Shown: positions 40,702 through 51,145, counted from the stretch's first letter. The stretch: DNA of 64,000 bases from Cyanobacteriota bacterium (GCA_046052125.1 JBJOMY010000002.1:224001-288000); one strand, 5' to 3'. The notes: generated from the letters alone by a model not told the origin. A program made the numbers and translations.

Positions 40702-42015
40702 ATGCCCAGCTTCAGCGCCACGTACACCACCCGCGCCGGTCAGACCCGCCAGCTGCGCCTCACGGCCGCCGATGCCGCCAGCGCCCGCCGTGATCTGCGC
40801 CGGCGCGGGATCGTGCCCAGCGCCCTTGAGTTGGTGGACAGCGCAAGCGGGCGAGGCCGCGGCGGGCCAGCCACAGCCGCGGCCCCTCGGAGCACCGCAG
40901 GGCCAGGAACCCCCACAGGCTCCAGCACCCCAGCCACCACAGTGTTCGGCCTGGATCTCTCGGGCGTCCTGGAGGCCCGGCCTGGGATCCGCGAAAAGGC
41001 CCTGTTCGCCAACAAGCTGGCGGCCCTGGTGGATGCGGGGGTGCCGATCGTGCGCAGCCTCGATCTGATGGCGCGGCAGCAGAGGATGCCGCTGTTCAAG
41101 CGGGCGCTCACGGCGGTGAGCACCGATGTGAATCAGGGCGGCAGCCTGGGGGCGGCCCTGCGGCGTTGGCCGAAGGTGTTCGACAAGCTCACCATCGCCA
41201 TGGTGGAAGCCGGCGAGGCGGGCGGGGTGCTCGATGAGAGCCTGCGGCGGCTGGCGAAGCTACTGGAGGGCAACGCCAAGCTCCAGAACCAGATCAAGGG
41301 GGCGATGGGCTACCCGGTGGCGGTGCTGGTGATCGCCGTGCTCGTGTTCCTGGGGATGACGATCTTCCTGATTCCCACCTTCGCCGGCATCTTCGAAGAC
41401 CTGGGGGCCGAGCTGCCGCTGTTCACCCAGCTGATGGTGGACCTGAGCAAGCTGCTGCGCTCCTCCTTTTCGCTGTTGCTGGCCTTGGTGCTGCTGGTGG
41501 GGGCCTGGCTATTCAGCCGGTATTACGCCACCAGCGAAGGCCGCCGCCGCGTGGATGGGTTGCTGCTGCAGTTGCCGCTGTTCGGCGATCTGATTCAGAA
41601 AACCGCCACCGCCAAGTTCTGCCGCACCTTCAGCTCCCTCACCCGGGCGGGGGTGCCGATCATGCTCTCACTGGAGATCGTGCAAGAGACAGCGGGCAAC
41701 GCTGTGATCGCCGACGCAATCGTGGCCTCCCGCCAGGACGTGCAGGAGGGCATCCCCCTGAGCGTCGCCCTGGGGCGCAAACAGGTGTTCCCCGACCTGG
41801 CCCTGAGCATGCTCGCTATCGGCGAGGAAACAGGCCAGATGGACACGATGCTCTCCAAGGTGGCCGACTTCTACGAAGACGAAGTCGAGGCAGCTGTGAA
41901 AGCGCTCACCTCCATGCTGGAGCCGGCGATGATCGTGATCGTGGGCGGAATCGTGGGCTCGATCCTGCTGGCGATGTACCTGCCGATGTTCTCGATCTTC
42001 GATCAGATCAAGTAG
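40702..42015 (+). CDS. pilC: Type IV pilus inner-membrane platform protein PilC
   Basis: Two T2SS-F domains (GEAGGVL, GEETGQM), MGYP and MLEP...AMYLPMF. Confidence 0.94.
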   Translation: MPSFSATYTTRAGQTRQLRLTAADAASARRDLRRRGIVPSALELVDSASGRGRGGPATAAAPRSTAGPGTPTGSSTPATTVFGLDLSGVLEARPGIREKALFANKLAALVDAGVPIVRSLDLMARQQRMPLFKRALTAVSTDVNQGGSLGAALRRWPKVFDKLTIAMVEAGEAGGVLDESLRRLAKLLEGNAKLQNQIKGAMGYPVAVLVIAVLVFLGMTIFLIPTFAGIFEDLGAELPLFTQLMVDLSKLLRSSFSLLLALVLLVGAWLFSRYYATSEGRRRVDGLLLQLPLFGDLIQKTATAKFCRTFSSLTRAGVPIMLSLEIVQETAGNAVIADAIVASRQDVQEGIPLSVALGRKQVFPDLALSMLAIGEETGQMDTMLSKVADFYEDEVEAAVKALTSMLEPAMIVIVGGIVGSILLAMYLPMFSIFDQIK

Positions 42016-42021
42016 GGCGGA

Positions 42022-43332
42022 TCAAGCGGTCGCCGCCGCGATCGCCTGCCCGGCCAGCCAACCGGAGCTCCAGCAGTGCTGGAAGTTGAAGCCCCCGGTG
42101 ATGCCATCCACATCCAGAAGCTCGCCGGCCAGGTAAAGCCCGGGGGTGCAGCGGCTCTCCATGGTCGCCAGATTCACCTCCCCCAGAGGCACGCCGCCCG
42201 CAGTCACGAACTCTTCGCCAAAGGGGCCGCGGCCCGCCACGGCGTAGGTGCTGCGCCGCAAGCTCTCGATCAGGCCCTGCTGCTGACGCTTGCCCAGATC
42301 CGCCCAGCGGCGATCGGGCTCCACCCCCTGTTGATCGAGCAGGTGCTGCCAGAGGCGGCGGCTCAGGGCCGGCCAGGGCCGGGCGTTGCTGAGCTGGCGA
42401 CGGGCCTGATCGCGGCGGCAGTCGGCGAAAAGGTCCTCCAGCTGGGGCTGGGTGCGGCCACCACTCCAATCCACCCGCACGGTGCCCCGATAGCCGCAGT
42501 GGTGCAGCGCCCGGGCAGCAAACGCGGTGAGTTTGAGCGTGGCTGGCCCGCTCAAGCCCCAATGGGTGATCAACAGCGGCCCCTGCTGGCGGAAGCGATG
42601 GGCCATGCCCGGCAGCGGCGGGCCCGCGCCCTGATCGAGATCCAGCTCGAGCTCCAGATCCACCGGATCCATCACCACCCCCGCCAGGGCCACGAGCGGA
42701 TTGGGCTTGAAGGCCAGGGTGAACAGCGACGGCACCGGCGCCACCAGGCCATGGCCAAGACCCTGCGCCAGGCGACGACCGCTGGGATGGCTACCCGTAG
42801 CCAGGAGCAGGCGATCGGTTGTGAGCGCCGCTGGTTGGTCACGCCCGCCCTGGGAAGCAACGCGAACCGTGAGCGCAAAACCCCCTTCAGGCAGCACGTC
42901 TGCCCCCTGCAGAGCGCAGTGGGTGCGCAGCTCCACACCAGCGGCTGACGCCGCCCGGCGCAGGCATTGGATCACCGCCATGGAGCGATTGGCCCGGGGA
43001 AACATGCGGCCATCGGGCTCCTCCACCAGCTCCAGGCCGTGATCGTCGAACCAACCCACCGCATCACCGGCGGCGAAGCGACTGAAAGGACCCCGCAGCG
43101 CTTTGCCGCCGCGGGGGTAAGAGCCCACCAGCTCGCGCGGATCCCAACAGGCGTGGGTCACGTTGCAGCGTCCGCCGCCACTGATCAGCACCTTGCCCAG
43201 GGGCTCGGGCGTGCTCTCCAGCACCAGAACCCGCTGGAGCCCTGCCTCCGCCGCGGCGATGGCCGCCATGAAACCGGCTGGCCCACCCCCCGCCACCACC
43301 AGCGACCAGTGCTCGGGGGAGGGGGGCATCAC
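42022..43332 (-). CDS. HI0933/BaiN-family flavoprotein
   Basis: GGGPAG, KVLISGGGRCNVT, THWGLSGP, VTAGGV and TGGFNFQ. Confidence 0.92.
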   Translation of the reverse strand: MMPPSPEHWSLVVAGGGPAGFMAAIAAAEAGLQRVLVLESTPEPLGKVLISGGGRCNVTHACWDPRELVGSYPRGGKALRGPFSRFAAGDAVGWFDDHGLELVEEPDGRMFPRANRSMAVIQCLRRAASAAGVELRTHCALQGADVLPEGGFALTVRVASQGGRDQPAALTTDRLLLATGSHPSGRRLAQGLGHGLVAPVPSLFTLAFKPNPLVALAGVVMDPVDLELELDLDQGAGPPLPGMAHRFRQQGPLLITHWGLSGPATLKLTAFAARALHHCGYRGTVRVDWSGGRTQPQLEDLFADCRRDQARRQLSNARPWPALSRRLWQHLLDQQGVEPDRRWADLGKRQQQGLIESLRRSTYAVAGRGPFGEEFVTAGGVPLGEVNLATMESRCTPGLYLAGELLDVDGITGGFNFQHCWSSGWLAGQAIAAATA

Positions 43333-43382
43333 GCAAAGACGGGCAGAGATCAGCGTGCCTGGGCACCGGGCAGCATGAGGGC

Positions 43383-44393
43383 ATGCCCAATTCGATGCCC
43401 GATTCGCTGTTGGACGGGGCCTACCGCTTCAGTGTGGCCCCGATGATGGACTACACCGATCGGCACTTCCGGGTGCTGATGCGGCAGATCACCCGGCGCA
43501 GCCTGCTCTACACCGAGATGGTGGTGGCCCAGGCGCTGCACTACAGCGAGCGGCGGGAGCGGCTGATCGACTTCGATCCCTGCGAACACCCGATCGCCCT
43601 GCAGGTGGGCGGCGACGATCCGCAGCTGCTGGCCGAGGCGGCGCGCATCGCATCCGATCGCGGCTACGACGAGATCAACCTCAACGTGGGCTGCCCCAGC
43701 GAGAAGGTGCAGAAGGGGCGTTTCGGGGCCTGCCTCATGGCCGAACCCGAGCAGGTGGCCCGCTGCATCAGCGCCATGGCCGCGGCCTCACCGCTGCCCG
43801 TCACGGTGAAACACCGCATCGGGATCGATGAGCGCGATTCCTACGAGGAGCTGCTGGCCTTCGTGGACACGGTGGCAGCAGCCGGCGCCCAGCGCTTCAG
43901 CGTGCATGCCCGCAAGGCCTGGCTGGAGGGCCTCGACCCCAAGCAAAACCGCACCATCCCGCCGCTGCGCTACGAGCTGGTGCATCAGCTCAAGCGCGAA
44001 CGACCTCAGCTCACCATCGAACTGAATGGCGGTCTGCTGGATCTGAGCAGCTGCGAGGAACAGCTGCAGCAGGTGGATGGCGTGATGGTGGGCCGCGCCG
44101 CCTACGACCACCCGCTGCGCTGGGCCACGGTGGATCGCGACCTGTTCCACGACAACAGCCAAACCATCGCCAGCGCCTCCAGGGTGGTGCGCGGCCTGAT
44201 CCCCTACGCCGAGCGCTGGTGCAGCAGTGGTGGCAGGCTCTGGGCCATCGCCCGCCACCTGGTGCAAGTGGTGGAGGGGGTGAGCGGTGCCCGGCACTGG
44301 CGCCGAGACCTCGGCTTGGCCGCTGGCGCCCGCAATGCCGGGCCGGACGTGTTCGAACGGGCCGCAGCGCAACTGGAAGAGCGCGGGCTTTAA
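43383..44393 (+). CDS. dusA: tRNA dihydrouridine(20/20a) synthase
   Basis: SVAPMMDYTDRHFR, NLNVGCPS, VKHRIG, HARKAWL and NRTIPPL. Confidence 0.95.
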   Translation: MPNSMPDSLLDGAYRFSVAPMMDYTDRHFRVLMRQITRRSLLYTEMVVAQALHYSERRERLIDFDPCEHPIALQVGGDDPQLLAEAARIASDRGYDEINLNVGCPSEKVQKGRFGACLMAEPEQVARCISAMAAASPLPVTVKHRIGIDERDSYEELLAFVDTVAAAGAQRFSVHARKAWLEGLDPKQNRTIPPLRYELVHQLKRERPQLTIELNGGLLDLSSCEEQLQQVDGVMVGRAAYDHPLRWATVDRDLFHDNSQTIASASRVVRGLIPYAERWCSSGGRLWAIARHLVQVVEGVSGARHWRRDLGLAAGARNAGPDVFERAAAQLEERGL

Positions 44394-44416
44394 GGCCTCG
44401 CCGCTAGCAAGGCCCT
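44392..44416 (-). terminator. Stem-loop between the convergent dusA and rbp genes
   Basis: Minus strand AGGGCCTTGC-TAGCG-GCGAGGCCTT, a 10-bp stem with two G-U pairs. There is no long U tract. Confidence 0.45.
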
Positions 44417-44440
44417 CAATCAGCTGAACCTCTGGAACGT

Positions 44441-44986
44441 TCAGTTGTCGCCGCCAGAGCTGCGGCGACGCCGCGTGCGGCCAGCGCCGAAGGAATCACC
44501 GCCGCGATCGCCGCCGCCATAGCTGCGGTCTTCCCAGCCGCGGGCGCCGGAACCACGCTCACCGCCCCCACCGGAACGATCAGCGCCTCCGTAGCCGCCA
44601 CCGCCGCCATAACCACCGCGGTCACCACCACCTCCGTAACCGCCGCCACCGCCATAGCCGCCGCGTTCTCCACCGCCGCCGTAGCCACCGCGCCGGGGGC
44701 CACGATCACCACCGCCATAGCCACCACCACCGCCGCCACCGGGGCTGCGGGGTTCGGCTTTGTTGATACGCAGCGGGCGGCCCATCAGCTCGGCGCCCTG
44801 GAGGGCGTCGATGGCGCGGGACTCGCTGTCTTCATCAACCAGCTCCACGAAGGCGAAGCCGCGCTTGCGGCCGGTGTCGCGCTCGAGGGGCAGGAAGCAG
44901 TTGGTCACCTCGCCGAAGGGTGCGAACAACTCGGCCACGTCCTCCTGTTCCGCGCGGAAGGGGAGGTTTCCTACAAAAATGCTCAC
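44441..44986 (-). CDS. RRM RNA-binding protein with long Gly-rich tail
   Basis: RNP2 IFVGNL and RNP1 RGFAFVE, followed by GGYGGGG repeats. GTG start. Confidence 0.93.
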   Translation of the reverse strand: MSIFVGNLPFRAEQEDVAELFAPFGEVTNCFLPLERDTGRKRGFAFVELVDEDSESRAIDALQGAELMGRPLRINKAEPRSPGGGGGGGYGGGDRGPRRGGYGGGGERGGYGGGGGYGGGGDRGGYGGGGGYGGADRSGGGGERGSGARGWEDRSYGGGDRGGDSFGAGRTRRRRSSGGDN

Positions 44987-45057
44987 AGGCCGAGGGGGCC
45001 GATCAGGCAGAACTTCAGCCCACGAAGACTAAGCCGGCTCCGGCAGTTCGGAGGCCT

Positions 45058-46458
45058 TCACGCAGCAGCTGACAACCGCAGCCGCGCCCGCTCCAGCTGC
45101 AACCGCACCTGATCAAAGGCCGTGCCGCCCTCACTGCGGCGAGCCGCCACCACCTGGCGGGGATGAATCGCCTCGTAGATATCCGCCTCGAAGGCCGGAT
45201 GCAGCTGCTGCCAACGTTCGAGCGGCAGATCCCGCAGCAAGATTCCTTCCTGCAGGCAGCCTTTCACCAAGCCGCCCACCAGCTGATAGGCCTCGCGGAA
45301 TGGCACCCCCTTGGCCACCAGGTAATCAGCCACATCGGTGGCGTTGGAGAAATCAGAGGCCACGGCCGCCTCAAGACGCTCAGGCCGGAACTGGAGCCCC
45401 TCCTCAAACAGGATCGCCATCGCCTCCAAGCAAGCCAGGGTGGTCGCCACGGCGTCGAACAGGGCTTCTTTGTCCTCCTGGAAGTCTTTGTTGTAAGCAA
45501 GGGGCAACCCCTTGATCATCACCAGCAGCCCCTGCAGGTGGCCAAACACCCGGCCACACTTGCCGCGAACCAGTTCGGGCACATCGGGGTTCTTTTTCTG
45601 CGGCATCAGGCTGCTGCCGGTGGCGCAGCGGTCGGTAAGTTTCACGAAGCCGAACTCCTCGCTGGCCCAGAGGATCACCTCCTCACTCAGGCGGCTGAGG
45701 TGCACCATCACCAAGCTGGCGGCCGCACTGAACTCCACCGCGAAATCCCGATCGCTCACCGCATCGAGGCTGTTGGCGTACACGTCGTCAAAGCCGAGAG
45801 CCGCGGCGGTGTGGCGGCGATCGATCGGCACGGGCGTGCCCGCCAGGGCTGCGGCCCCGAGTGGACAAATGTTGACGCGTTTGCGTAGATCCCACAGCCG
45901 GGCCCGGTCGCGCTCGGCCATCTCCACGTAGGCCAGCAAATGGTGGGCCAGGCAGATGGGCTGAGCCCGCTGCAGGTGCGTGTAGCCCGGGATCATCACC
46001 TCGGCGTGGGCTTCGGCCTGATCCAACAGCGCCCGCTCGAAGCGCACCAAGGCGCCATCAATGGCATCAATCTGGCCCCGTAGCCACAGGCGCAGGTCGG
46101 TGCCCACCTGGTCGTTGCGGGAGCGGCCGGTGTGCAGCTTTTTGCCCAAGGGACCGAGAATCGCGATCAGGCGGCGCTCCACCGCGAAGTGCACGTCTTC
46201 GTCTTCAAGGCTGGGGTTGAACTGGCCGGCAGACGCTTCGCTGCGCACCTGCTCCAGACCCACCACCAGCTGCTCGGCTTCCTCAGCCGTGATCACGCCG
46301 GTGCTGGCGAGCATGCGGGCGTGGGCGATCGAGCCGTCGAGGTCCTGCTGCAGCAGGGTGATGTCGAACCCGATCGAGGCGTTGAAGCGCTCGATTGCCG
46401 GATGCAGGCCCTCCTCAAAACGCTGGCTCCAGGTGGAGGAAGACGACTCAACGGCCAT
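45058..46458 (-). CDS. argH: Argininosuccinate lyase
   Basis: [30 protein letters not shown] and YNKDFQEDK. Confidence 0.99.
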   Translation of the reverse strand: MAVESSSSTWSQRFEEGLHPAIERFNASIGFDITLLQQDLDGSIAHARMLASTGVITAEEAEQLVVGLEQVRSEASAGQFNPSLEDEDVHFAVERRLIAILGPLGKKLHTGRSRNDQVGTDLRLWLRGQIDAIDGALVRFERALLDQAEAHAEVMIPGYTHLQRAQPICLAHHLLAYVEMAERDRARLWDLRKRVNICPLGAAALAGTPVPIDRRHTAAALGFDDVYANSLDAVSDRDFAVEFSAAASLVMVHLSRLSEEVILWASEEFGFVKLTDRCATGSSLMPQKKNPDVPELVRGKCGRVFGHLQGLLVMIKGLPLAYNKDFQEDKEALFDAVATTLACLEAMAILFEEGLQFRPERLEAAVASDFSNATDVADYLVAKGVPFREAYQLVGGLVKGCLQEGILLRDLPLERWQQLHPAFEADIYEAIHPRQVVAARRSEGGTAFDQVRLQLERARLRLSAAA

Positions 46459-46484
46459 CGGGGCCCGGCTCGATCAGTTGAGGC

Positions 46485-47900
46485 TCAGCTTGGCAGGCGA
46501 CTCAGTGAGGGGAGCATCACCTCCTCACGCACCTTGAGCACCACCATTGAGGCGTCGTCATCAAGCTGGCGATCGGGCCCCACAAAGCGATCGAGGCGGG
46601 CGAACAGCTGATCGAGGATGCCCTGGGCACCCACCCCGGAGCGGCAGGCCGCCTGCAGGGCCGTGATCAAGCGCTCTTCATCAAAGCGCTCACCGTTAAG
46701 GCCGCTCGCTTCGGTGACGCCGTCGGTGTAGCAGAGGAGCACGTCTCCCGGATCGAGCACGATCTGTTCGCAGCCGTAACTGGCCTCTGGCTGTAAACCG
46801 ATCAGCAAACCCGGCGCATCGAGCCGATCCACGGCATTGCGCAGGCGCCGCCAGATCAGGGGCGGGTTGTGGGCTGCATTGGCGTAACGCAGCAGCCGGG
46901 TGCGGGGGTCGTAATCGGAATAAAAGAGCGTCACGAAGCGGTGCGACTGGGCCAGGTCTTCCTGGGCCAGCTGGTTGAGGTCGTGCAGGATCCGATCGGG
47001 CGGCAAGCCGCTAAGCACCTCAGCCCGCAACATGCCGCGCAGGAGCGTCATCAACAGGCCAGCGGGCACCCCTTTGCCCATCACATCGCCCACCACCAGG
47101 GCCCAGCGCCCCTGCTCGCGGCGCCGGCCCAGGAGTTGGGGGCGGGTGGGGATGAAGTCGTAGTAATCGCCGCCCACTTGGAAAGCGGGCCGGCAGCGGG
47201 CCGCCAGCTCCACCCCCTCGATCACGGGGCAGTGATCAGGCAACAGCTGGGCCTGGATTTCCGCACCGGTGGAGAGCTGTCGATCCACGCGTTCGTGGCG
47301 GCGCGCTTCTTGCAGCAGCTGTTCGCTCTCGATCGCCACGCCAGTGAGATCGGCCACCAGCTGCACATGGCGGCGGTGGCTATCGCTCCAGTTGAGGCCG
47401 CTGCGCGCACCCACCACGTAGAGCCGCCCGCGGCAGCGACCACGGGCCACCACCGAGGTGGCGAATAAGGGGCGATCAGCCAGCTGCCGGCGCACCAGCC
47501 GATCGAGCAGGGCCGCCACCGCCTCATCGCCGGAGGCCTGGAGCAGCTCATCGTCGGAGAGGCTGGCCAGCTGCCGAATCAGCTCCGGCGCCGTGCCATG
47601 CAGCTGCTCGCGCCAGAGGCGGCCATCGGCGTGAAACACCACCAACAACGCCCCTTCCGCCTCCACCAGGCGCGTCGCCACAAGCGGCACGAGCTCGAGA
47701 AAACGACCGAGGTTGGTGAAGCTGCGCAGGGCAAACCCCAGCGAAGCCAGCAGTTCCTGGTTGCGGCGCTGCTCGCGGCTGAGGCTGTCGAGCAGCTGCC
47801 GCACAGAGGCCAATGCCGATGGTGGCCGCGGTGTTGTGGCGCGGTCGGCGTGGCTCTGAAGCGGTGTGTCAGACCGCCATGGGGGCGGCTTGCTGCTCAC
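46485..47900 (-). CDS. GAF + SpoIIE/PP2C protein phosphatase (RsbU-like)
   Basis: VGGDYYD, GDVMGKG, NAAHNP, YTDGVTE and DDAS. Confidence 0.92.
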   Translation of the reverse strand: MSSKPPPWRSDTPLQSHADRATTPRPPSALASVRQLLDSLSREQRRNQELLASLGFALRSFTNLGRFLELVPLVATRLVEAEGALLVVFHADGRLWREQLHGTAPELIRQLASLSDDELLQASGDEAVAALLDRLVRRQLADRPLFATSVVARGRCRGRLYVVGARSGLNWSDSHRRHVQLVADLTGVAIESEQLLQEARRHERVDRQLSTGAEIQAQLLPDHCPVIEGVELAARCRPAFQVGGDYYDFIPTRPQLLGRRREQGRWALVVGDVMGKGVPAGLLMTLLRGMLRAEVLSGLPPDRILHDLNQLAQEDLAQSHRFVTLFYSDYDPRTRLLRYANAAHNPPLIWRRLRNAVDRLDAPGLLIGLQPEASYGCEQIVLDPGDVLLCYTDGVTEASGLNGERFDEERLITALQAACRSGVGAQGILDQLFARLDRFVGPDRQLDDDASMVVLKVREEVMLPSLSRLPS

Positions 47901-47935
47901 CGAGCGGCCGCGAAGTGCCCGCAAGATAGCCGCGT

Positions 47936-49756
47936 TTATTTGGCCAGCAGCGCTTCCACGAACTCAAAGCTATTGAAGGGGCGCAGATCACGGATTCCTT
48001 CGCCAGCGCCGATGAAACGAATCGGCAGGCCCGCCTCCGACGACACCGCCAGGGCCACGCCGCCACGGGAGCTGCCATCAAGCTTGGTGACCACCACACC
48101 GGTGAGTCCAGCCGCCTGGGCAAAGGCCATGGCCTGCTTGAGGCCGTTCTGCCCCTGGCTGGCATCGAGCACCAACAGCGACTCCACCTGAGCGTCTGGA
48201 GCCAGCTTGTCGACGATGCGACGCACCTTGCTGAGCTCCTCCATCAGGTTGTGCTTGGTCTGCAGGCGACCGGCAGTGTCAACGAGAACGAGATCGGTGC
48301 CCTTGGCCTGGGCAGCACCGATGGCGTCAAACACCACCGCCGCCGGATCGGCATTAGCCGAGGGATTGGACACCACAGTCACGCCACTGCGCTCACCCCA
48401 AACCGCCACCTGCTGCACGGCCGCGGCGCGGAAGGTGTCGGCGGCGGCGATCAGACAGCTGTAGCCGCTGCGCACGGCGAGGTTGGCCAACTTGCCGAGG
48501 GTGGTGGTTTTGCCGACCCCGTTCACACCCACCATCAGCCACACATTGAGGCGACCCCGCTCCGGCGCCAGCAACTGAGCGCCGCTGGCCTGAATCGGGG
48601 CATCCAGCAAAGCCTTGAGCTGCTCCTTGAGGAAGCGAATGCCCTCGGCCGGCTCCACCACTTCTTCGTTGAGGCGCTTGCGCAGGGCATCGAGCACCTG
48701 ATCGGTGGCCTGCACACCCACATCGGCCCTCAGCAGGAGGCTCTCAAGGTCATCGAGCACCTCGGGGGTGAGGGGATCGTCACCGAGGTTGTCGAGCAGC
48801 TGAGTGACAAACCCGCGGCGGGTCTTCTCCATGCCGCGCCGCAGCCGGCCCAGCCAATCGATCTCCTCGAGGGAGATGTCGTCGAGCTTGCGGCCCTGAG
48901 CGGCAAGCACCTCAGCCGACCAAGTGAAGTCGTCGTCGAAGGCACCGAGCTGGGGCGCGGCCTCATCGGAGGCTGGCGCTCCAGGCGGAGCGGAGGACGC
49001 GGCGGATGACGGCGCCGCAACGGAACGCGCCGGCTCGGGCGTCTCGATGGCGCGCTCAAGCAACTCCTGCTGCCGTTGAGCGCGTTGGGCGGCGGCTTGT
49101 TCGAGCAGGGAGAGTCCCTGGGACGGAGCGGCGGGGAGATCGGCAGGGCCTCCACCCGGCTCGGGATCCGTTGATTGAGGCGCCGACGGGGGCGAGAGGT
49201 CCTCAACGGGAGCGGGGGCAGGAGCCGTGGTGAACGCGGGGAGGACCCCCGACAACACTTCTGGCGACTCTCCAGAGTGCTGCTCGGTCTGTACAGAACT
49301 CTGGACAGGAGCTGGCTGAGTAGGAGCTAGTTGGCCGGAGGCTCCTTGGGCCGGGGCTATCTGTGCCGGGGGTGTGGAGGTTTCGGCTGAAAGCGCAGTG
49401 GCTTCGGCGGAAGGCGCAATCGTTTCGGTTGAGGCCGGAACAGCTGAAGCCGAAGGGGTGACCGCCGGCGCGGCGGCCTGCTTTTCCGCTTCCTGTTGGG
49501 CTTTCAGGCGGGCATAGGCCTGGCGGGCCCAGTCGAGGGCGTCCTGATCGACGGCACCGACGGCTGGTGGCGTGGCCGGGGCAGCAGCGGGAGCGGACGC
49601 GGCCAGCTCAGGCTCAGGGCTTGGTTCGGGCGGGGCAGCTTCAGGAGCAGCGGCTGCAGGGGCTTCGCCGGCGGCAGGCGACTGCGGGGGTTGTTCCGGC
49701 TGGGACTCCTCAGGGTTCTGAGGGGCCGCGCTGCGATTGAACCAGTCGAAAACCAT
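47936..49756 (-). CDS. ftsY: Signal recognition particle receptor FtsY with long N-terminal extension
   Basis: GVNGVGKTTT, DTFRAAA, DTAGR, GQNG, TKLDG and GAGE. Confidence 0.97.
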   Translation of the reverse strand: MVFDWFNRSAAPQNPEESQPEQPPQSPAAGEAPAAAAPEAAPPEPSPEPELAASAPAAAPATPPAVGAVDQDALDWARQAYARLKAQQEAEKQAAAPAVTPSASAVPASTETIAPSAEATALSAETSTPPAQIAPAQGASGQLAPTQPAPVQSSVQTEQHSGESPEVLSGVLPAFTTAPAPAPVEDLSPPSAPQSTDPEPGGGPADLPAAPSQGLSLLEQAAAQRAQRQQELLERAIETPEPARSVAAPSSAASSAPPGAPASDEAAPQLGAFDDDFTWSAEVLAAQGRKLDDISLEEIDWLGRLRRGMEKTRRGFVTQLLDNLGDDPLTPEVLDDLESLLLRADVGVQATDQVLDALRKRLNEEVVEPAEGIRFLKEQLKALLDAPIQASGAQLLAPERGRLNVWLMVGVNGVGKTTTLGKLANLAVRSGYSCLIAAADTFRAAAVQQVAVWGERSGVTVVSNPSANADPAAVVFDAIGAAQAKGTDLVLVDTAGRLQTKHNLMEELSKVRRIVDKLAPDAQVESLLVLDASQGQNGLKQAMAFAQAAGLTGVVVTKLDGSSRGGVALAVSSEAGLPIRFIGAGEGIRDLRPFNSFEFVEALLAK

Positions 49757-49769
49757 GGGCGCCTCCTGT

Positions 49770-50396
49770 TCAGCCCTTGGCGGGGGCGCTGGTGAAGCGG
49801 CGGAGCACGCCGTTGATCATGCGGCGGCCCTGTTCGTCGCTGTAGCGGTTGGCGAGTTCCACCGCCTCATTGCAGGCCACGGCTGGGGGGGTGTTGAACT
49901 GCTCGATATCGACGGCGGCCAGGCGCAGGATGTCGCGGTCGATGCGGGGCAGGCGGGTGAGGCGCCAGCCCTCCATCACGGCATCGAGGCGCTGGTCGAG
50001 ATCTTCGCGGTCACGGAGCACCGCCCGGGCACGGTCCACGGCGCCGCGGCGAATCTCATCCTGGTCGGAGAGCATCAGCAGCCGCGGCAGCTCGAGGCTG
50101 GCGGACAAGCGATTCAGGCCCTGCTCGGCGTGAGCCAGGCCGTCTTGAAGGTGCTGACGCACGCGAGGGAGCTGCTCAGCGGCGCCTTGATCCTGCAGTT
50201 CGCTATCGAGCAGCTGCTGTTGGGCGGCCTGGAGATCGGTCGCGGCCTGATCCAGAGCTTCGCGCACGTGCTGGCTGAGCGATGCCTGGGCCTGCTGCAA
50301 CAGGGTGTCGAGCGGGGTGTCGGCAGCGGGCTGGCGATCGCTGATCTGGCCGAGCATCAGCAGGGCCAGTTCACGGGCAACGGTGCGGCTCTGCAT
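49770..50396 (-). CDS. nusB: Transcription antitermination factor NusB
   Basis: RTVARELAL, IDRDILRL, NEAVELA and MINGVL. Confidence 0.95.
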   Translation of the reverse strand: MQSRTVARELALLMLGQISDRQPAADTPLDTLLQQAQASLSQHVREALDQAATDLQAAQQQLLDSELQDQGAAEQLPRVRQHLQDGLAHAEQGLNRLSASLELPRLLMLSDQDEIRRGAVDRARAVLRDREDLDQRLDAVMEGWRLTRLPRIDRDILRLAAVDIEQFNTPPAVACNEAVELANRYSDEQGRRMINGVLRRFTSAPAKG

Positions 50397-51145
50397 CAGG
50401 CCTTGTTGGAGGAGATGGGGGAGTAGGCCGGAGCGCGGAGCTGGGCGAGCAGGCTCGAGAAGCTGCGGCTGGCGGGGGTTTCGCGTTCGTCGGGGTTCAC
50501 GATGCCGGCCGAGATGATCGTGCGGAAGGCATCCTCCACCGAGAGGTTCAGATCCTTCACCGAACCCTCGGGCACCACGGCGTACCAGCCAGTGGTGGGG
50601 TTGGGGGCGGTGGGAATGAACACGCTCAGCATCGGCTGATCGAAACCAGCCGAGAGGGTGGCGCCCAGCACACCAGTCACGAATCCCAGGGCATACAGGC
50701 CCTCGCGGGGATACTCAACCAGCACCACGCGCCGGAAGCGCGTGGAGTTATCGCGCAGGAACGTTTCCAGCAGCTGCTTGAGGGTCTTGTAAACCGAGCC
50801 CGCCACGGGGATCCGCTGCAGAGTGCCCTCGCCGAACTCGAGCAACCAACGGCCCACGATGTTGCGGGCCATCAGGCCGATCAACAGGATCCCGAGCAGG
50901 GGCACCAACAGGCCCAAACCCAGGTTGATCAGCTCCTGAAGGATCGGATCAAGCGTGTTGAACGGATTGAGCTGCTTGGGGATCGAGGTGAGGAACGCCA
51001 GGACAAAGCGCGTCACCGTGGTGGCCAGCCAGATGGTGGTGGCCAAGGGGATCACCACCAGTAGGCCGGCGATCAGATCGTTCTTGAGGTCCTGCTGGAG
51101 GCGATCGCCCAGGGGCTGCTCAGGTCTGGGACTGGATTGCACCAA
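50396..51145 (-). CDS. DUF502 membrane protein
   Basis: AGLLVVIPL, RIP..Y, VEYPR and FIPTAPNPTTG. Confidence 0.9.
   Translation of the reverse strand: MVQSSPRPEQPLGDRLQQDLKNDLIAGLLVVIPLATTIWLATTVTRFVLAFLTSIPKQLNPFNTLDPILQELINLGLGLLVPLLGILLIGLMARNIVGRWLLEFGEGTLQRIPVAGSVYKTLKQLLETFLRDNSTRFRRVVLVEYPREGLYALGFVTGVLGATLSAGFDQPMLSVFIPTAPNPTTGWYAVVPEGSVKDLNLSVEDAFRTIISAGIVNPDERETPASRSFSSLLAQLRAPAYSPISSNKA

Noticed and set aside
44575..44745. Tandem repeats as a possible CRISPR array
   Set aside because: They are Gly-codon repeats inside the RRM gene, with no repeat-spacer structure.
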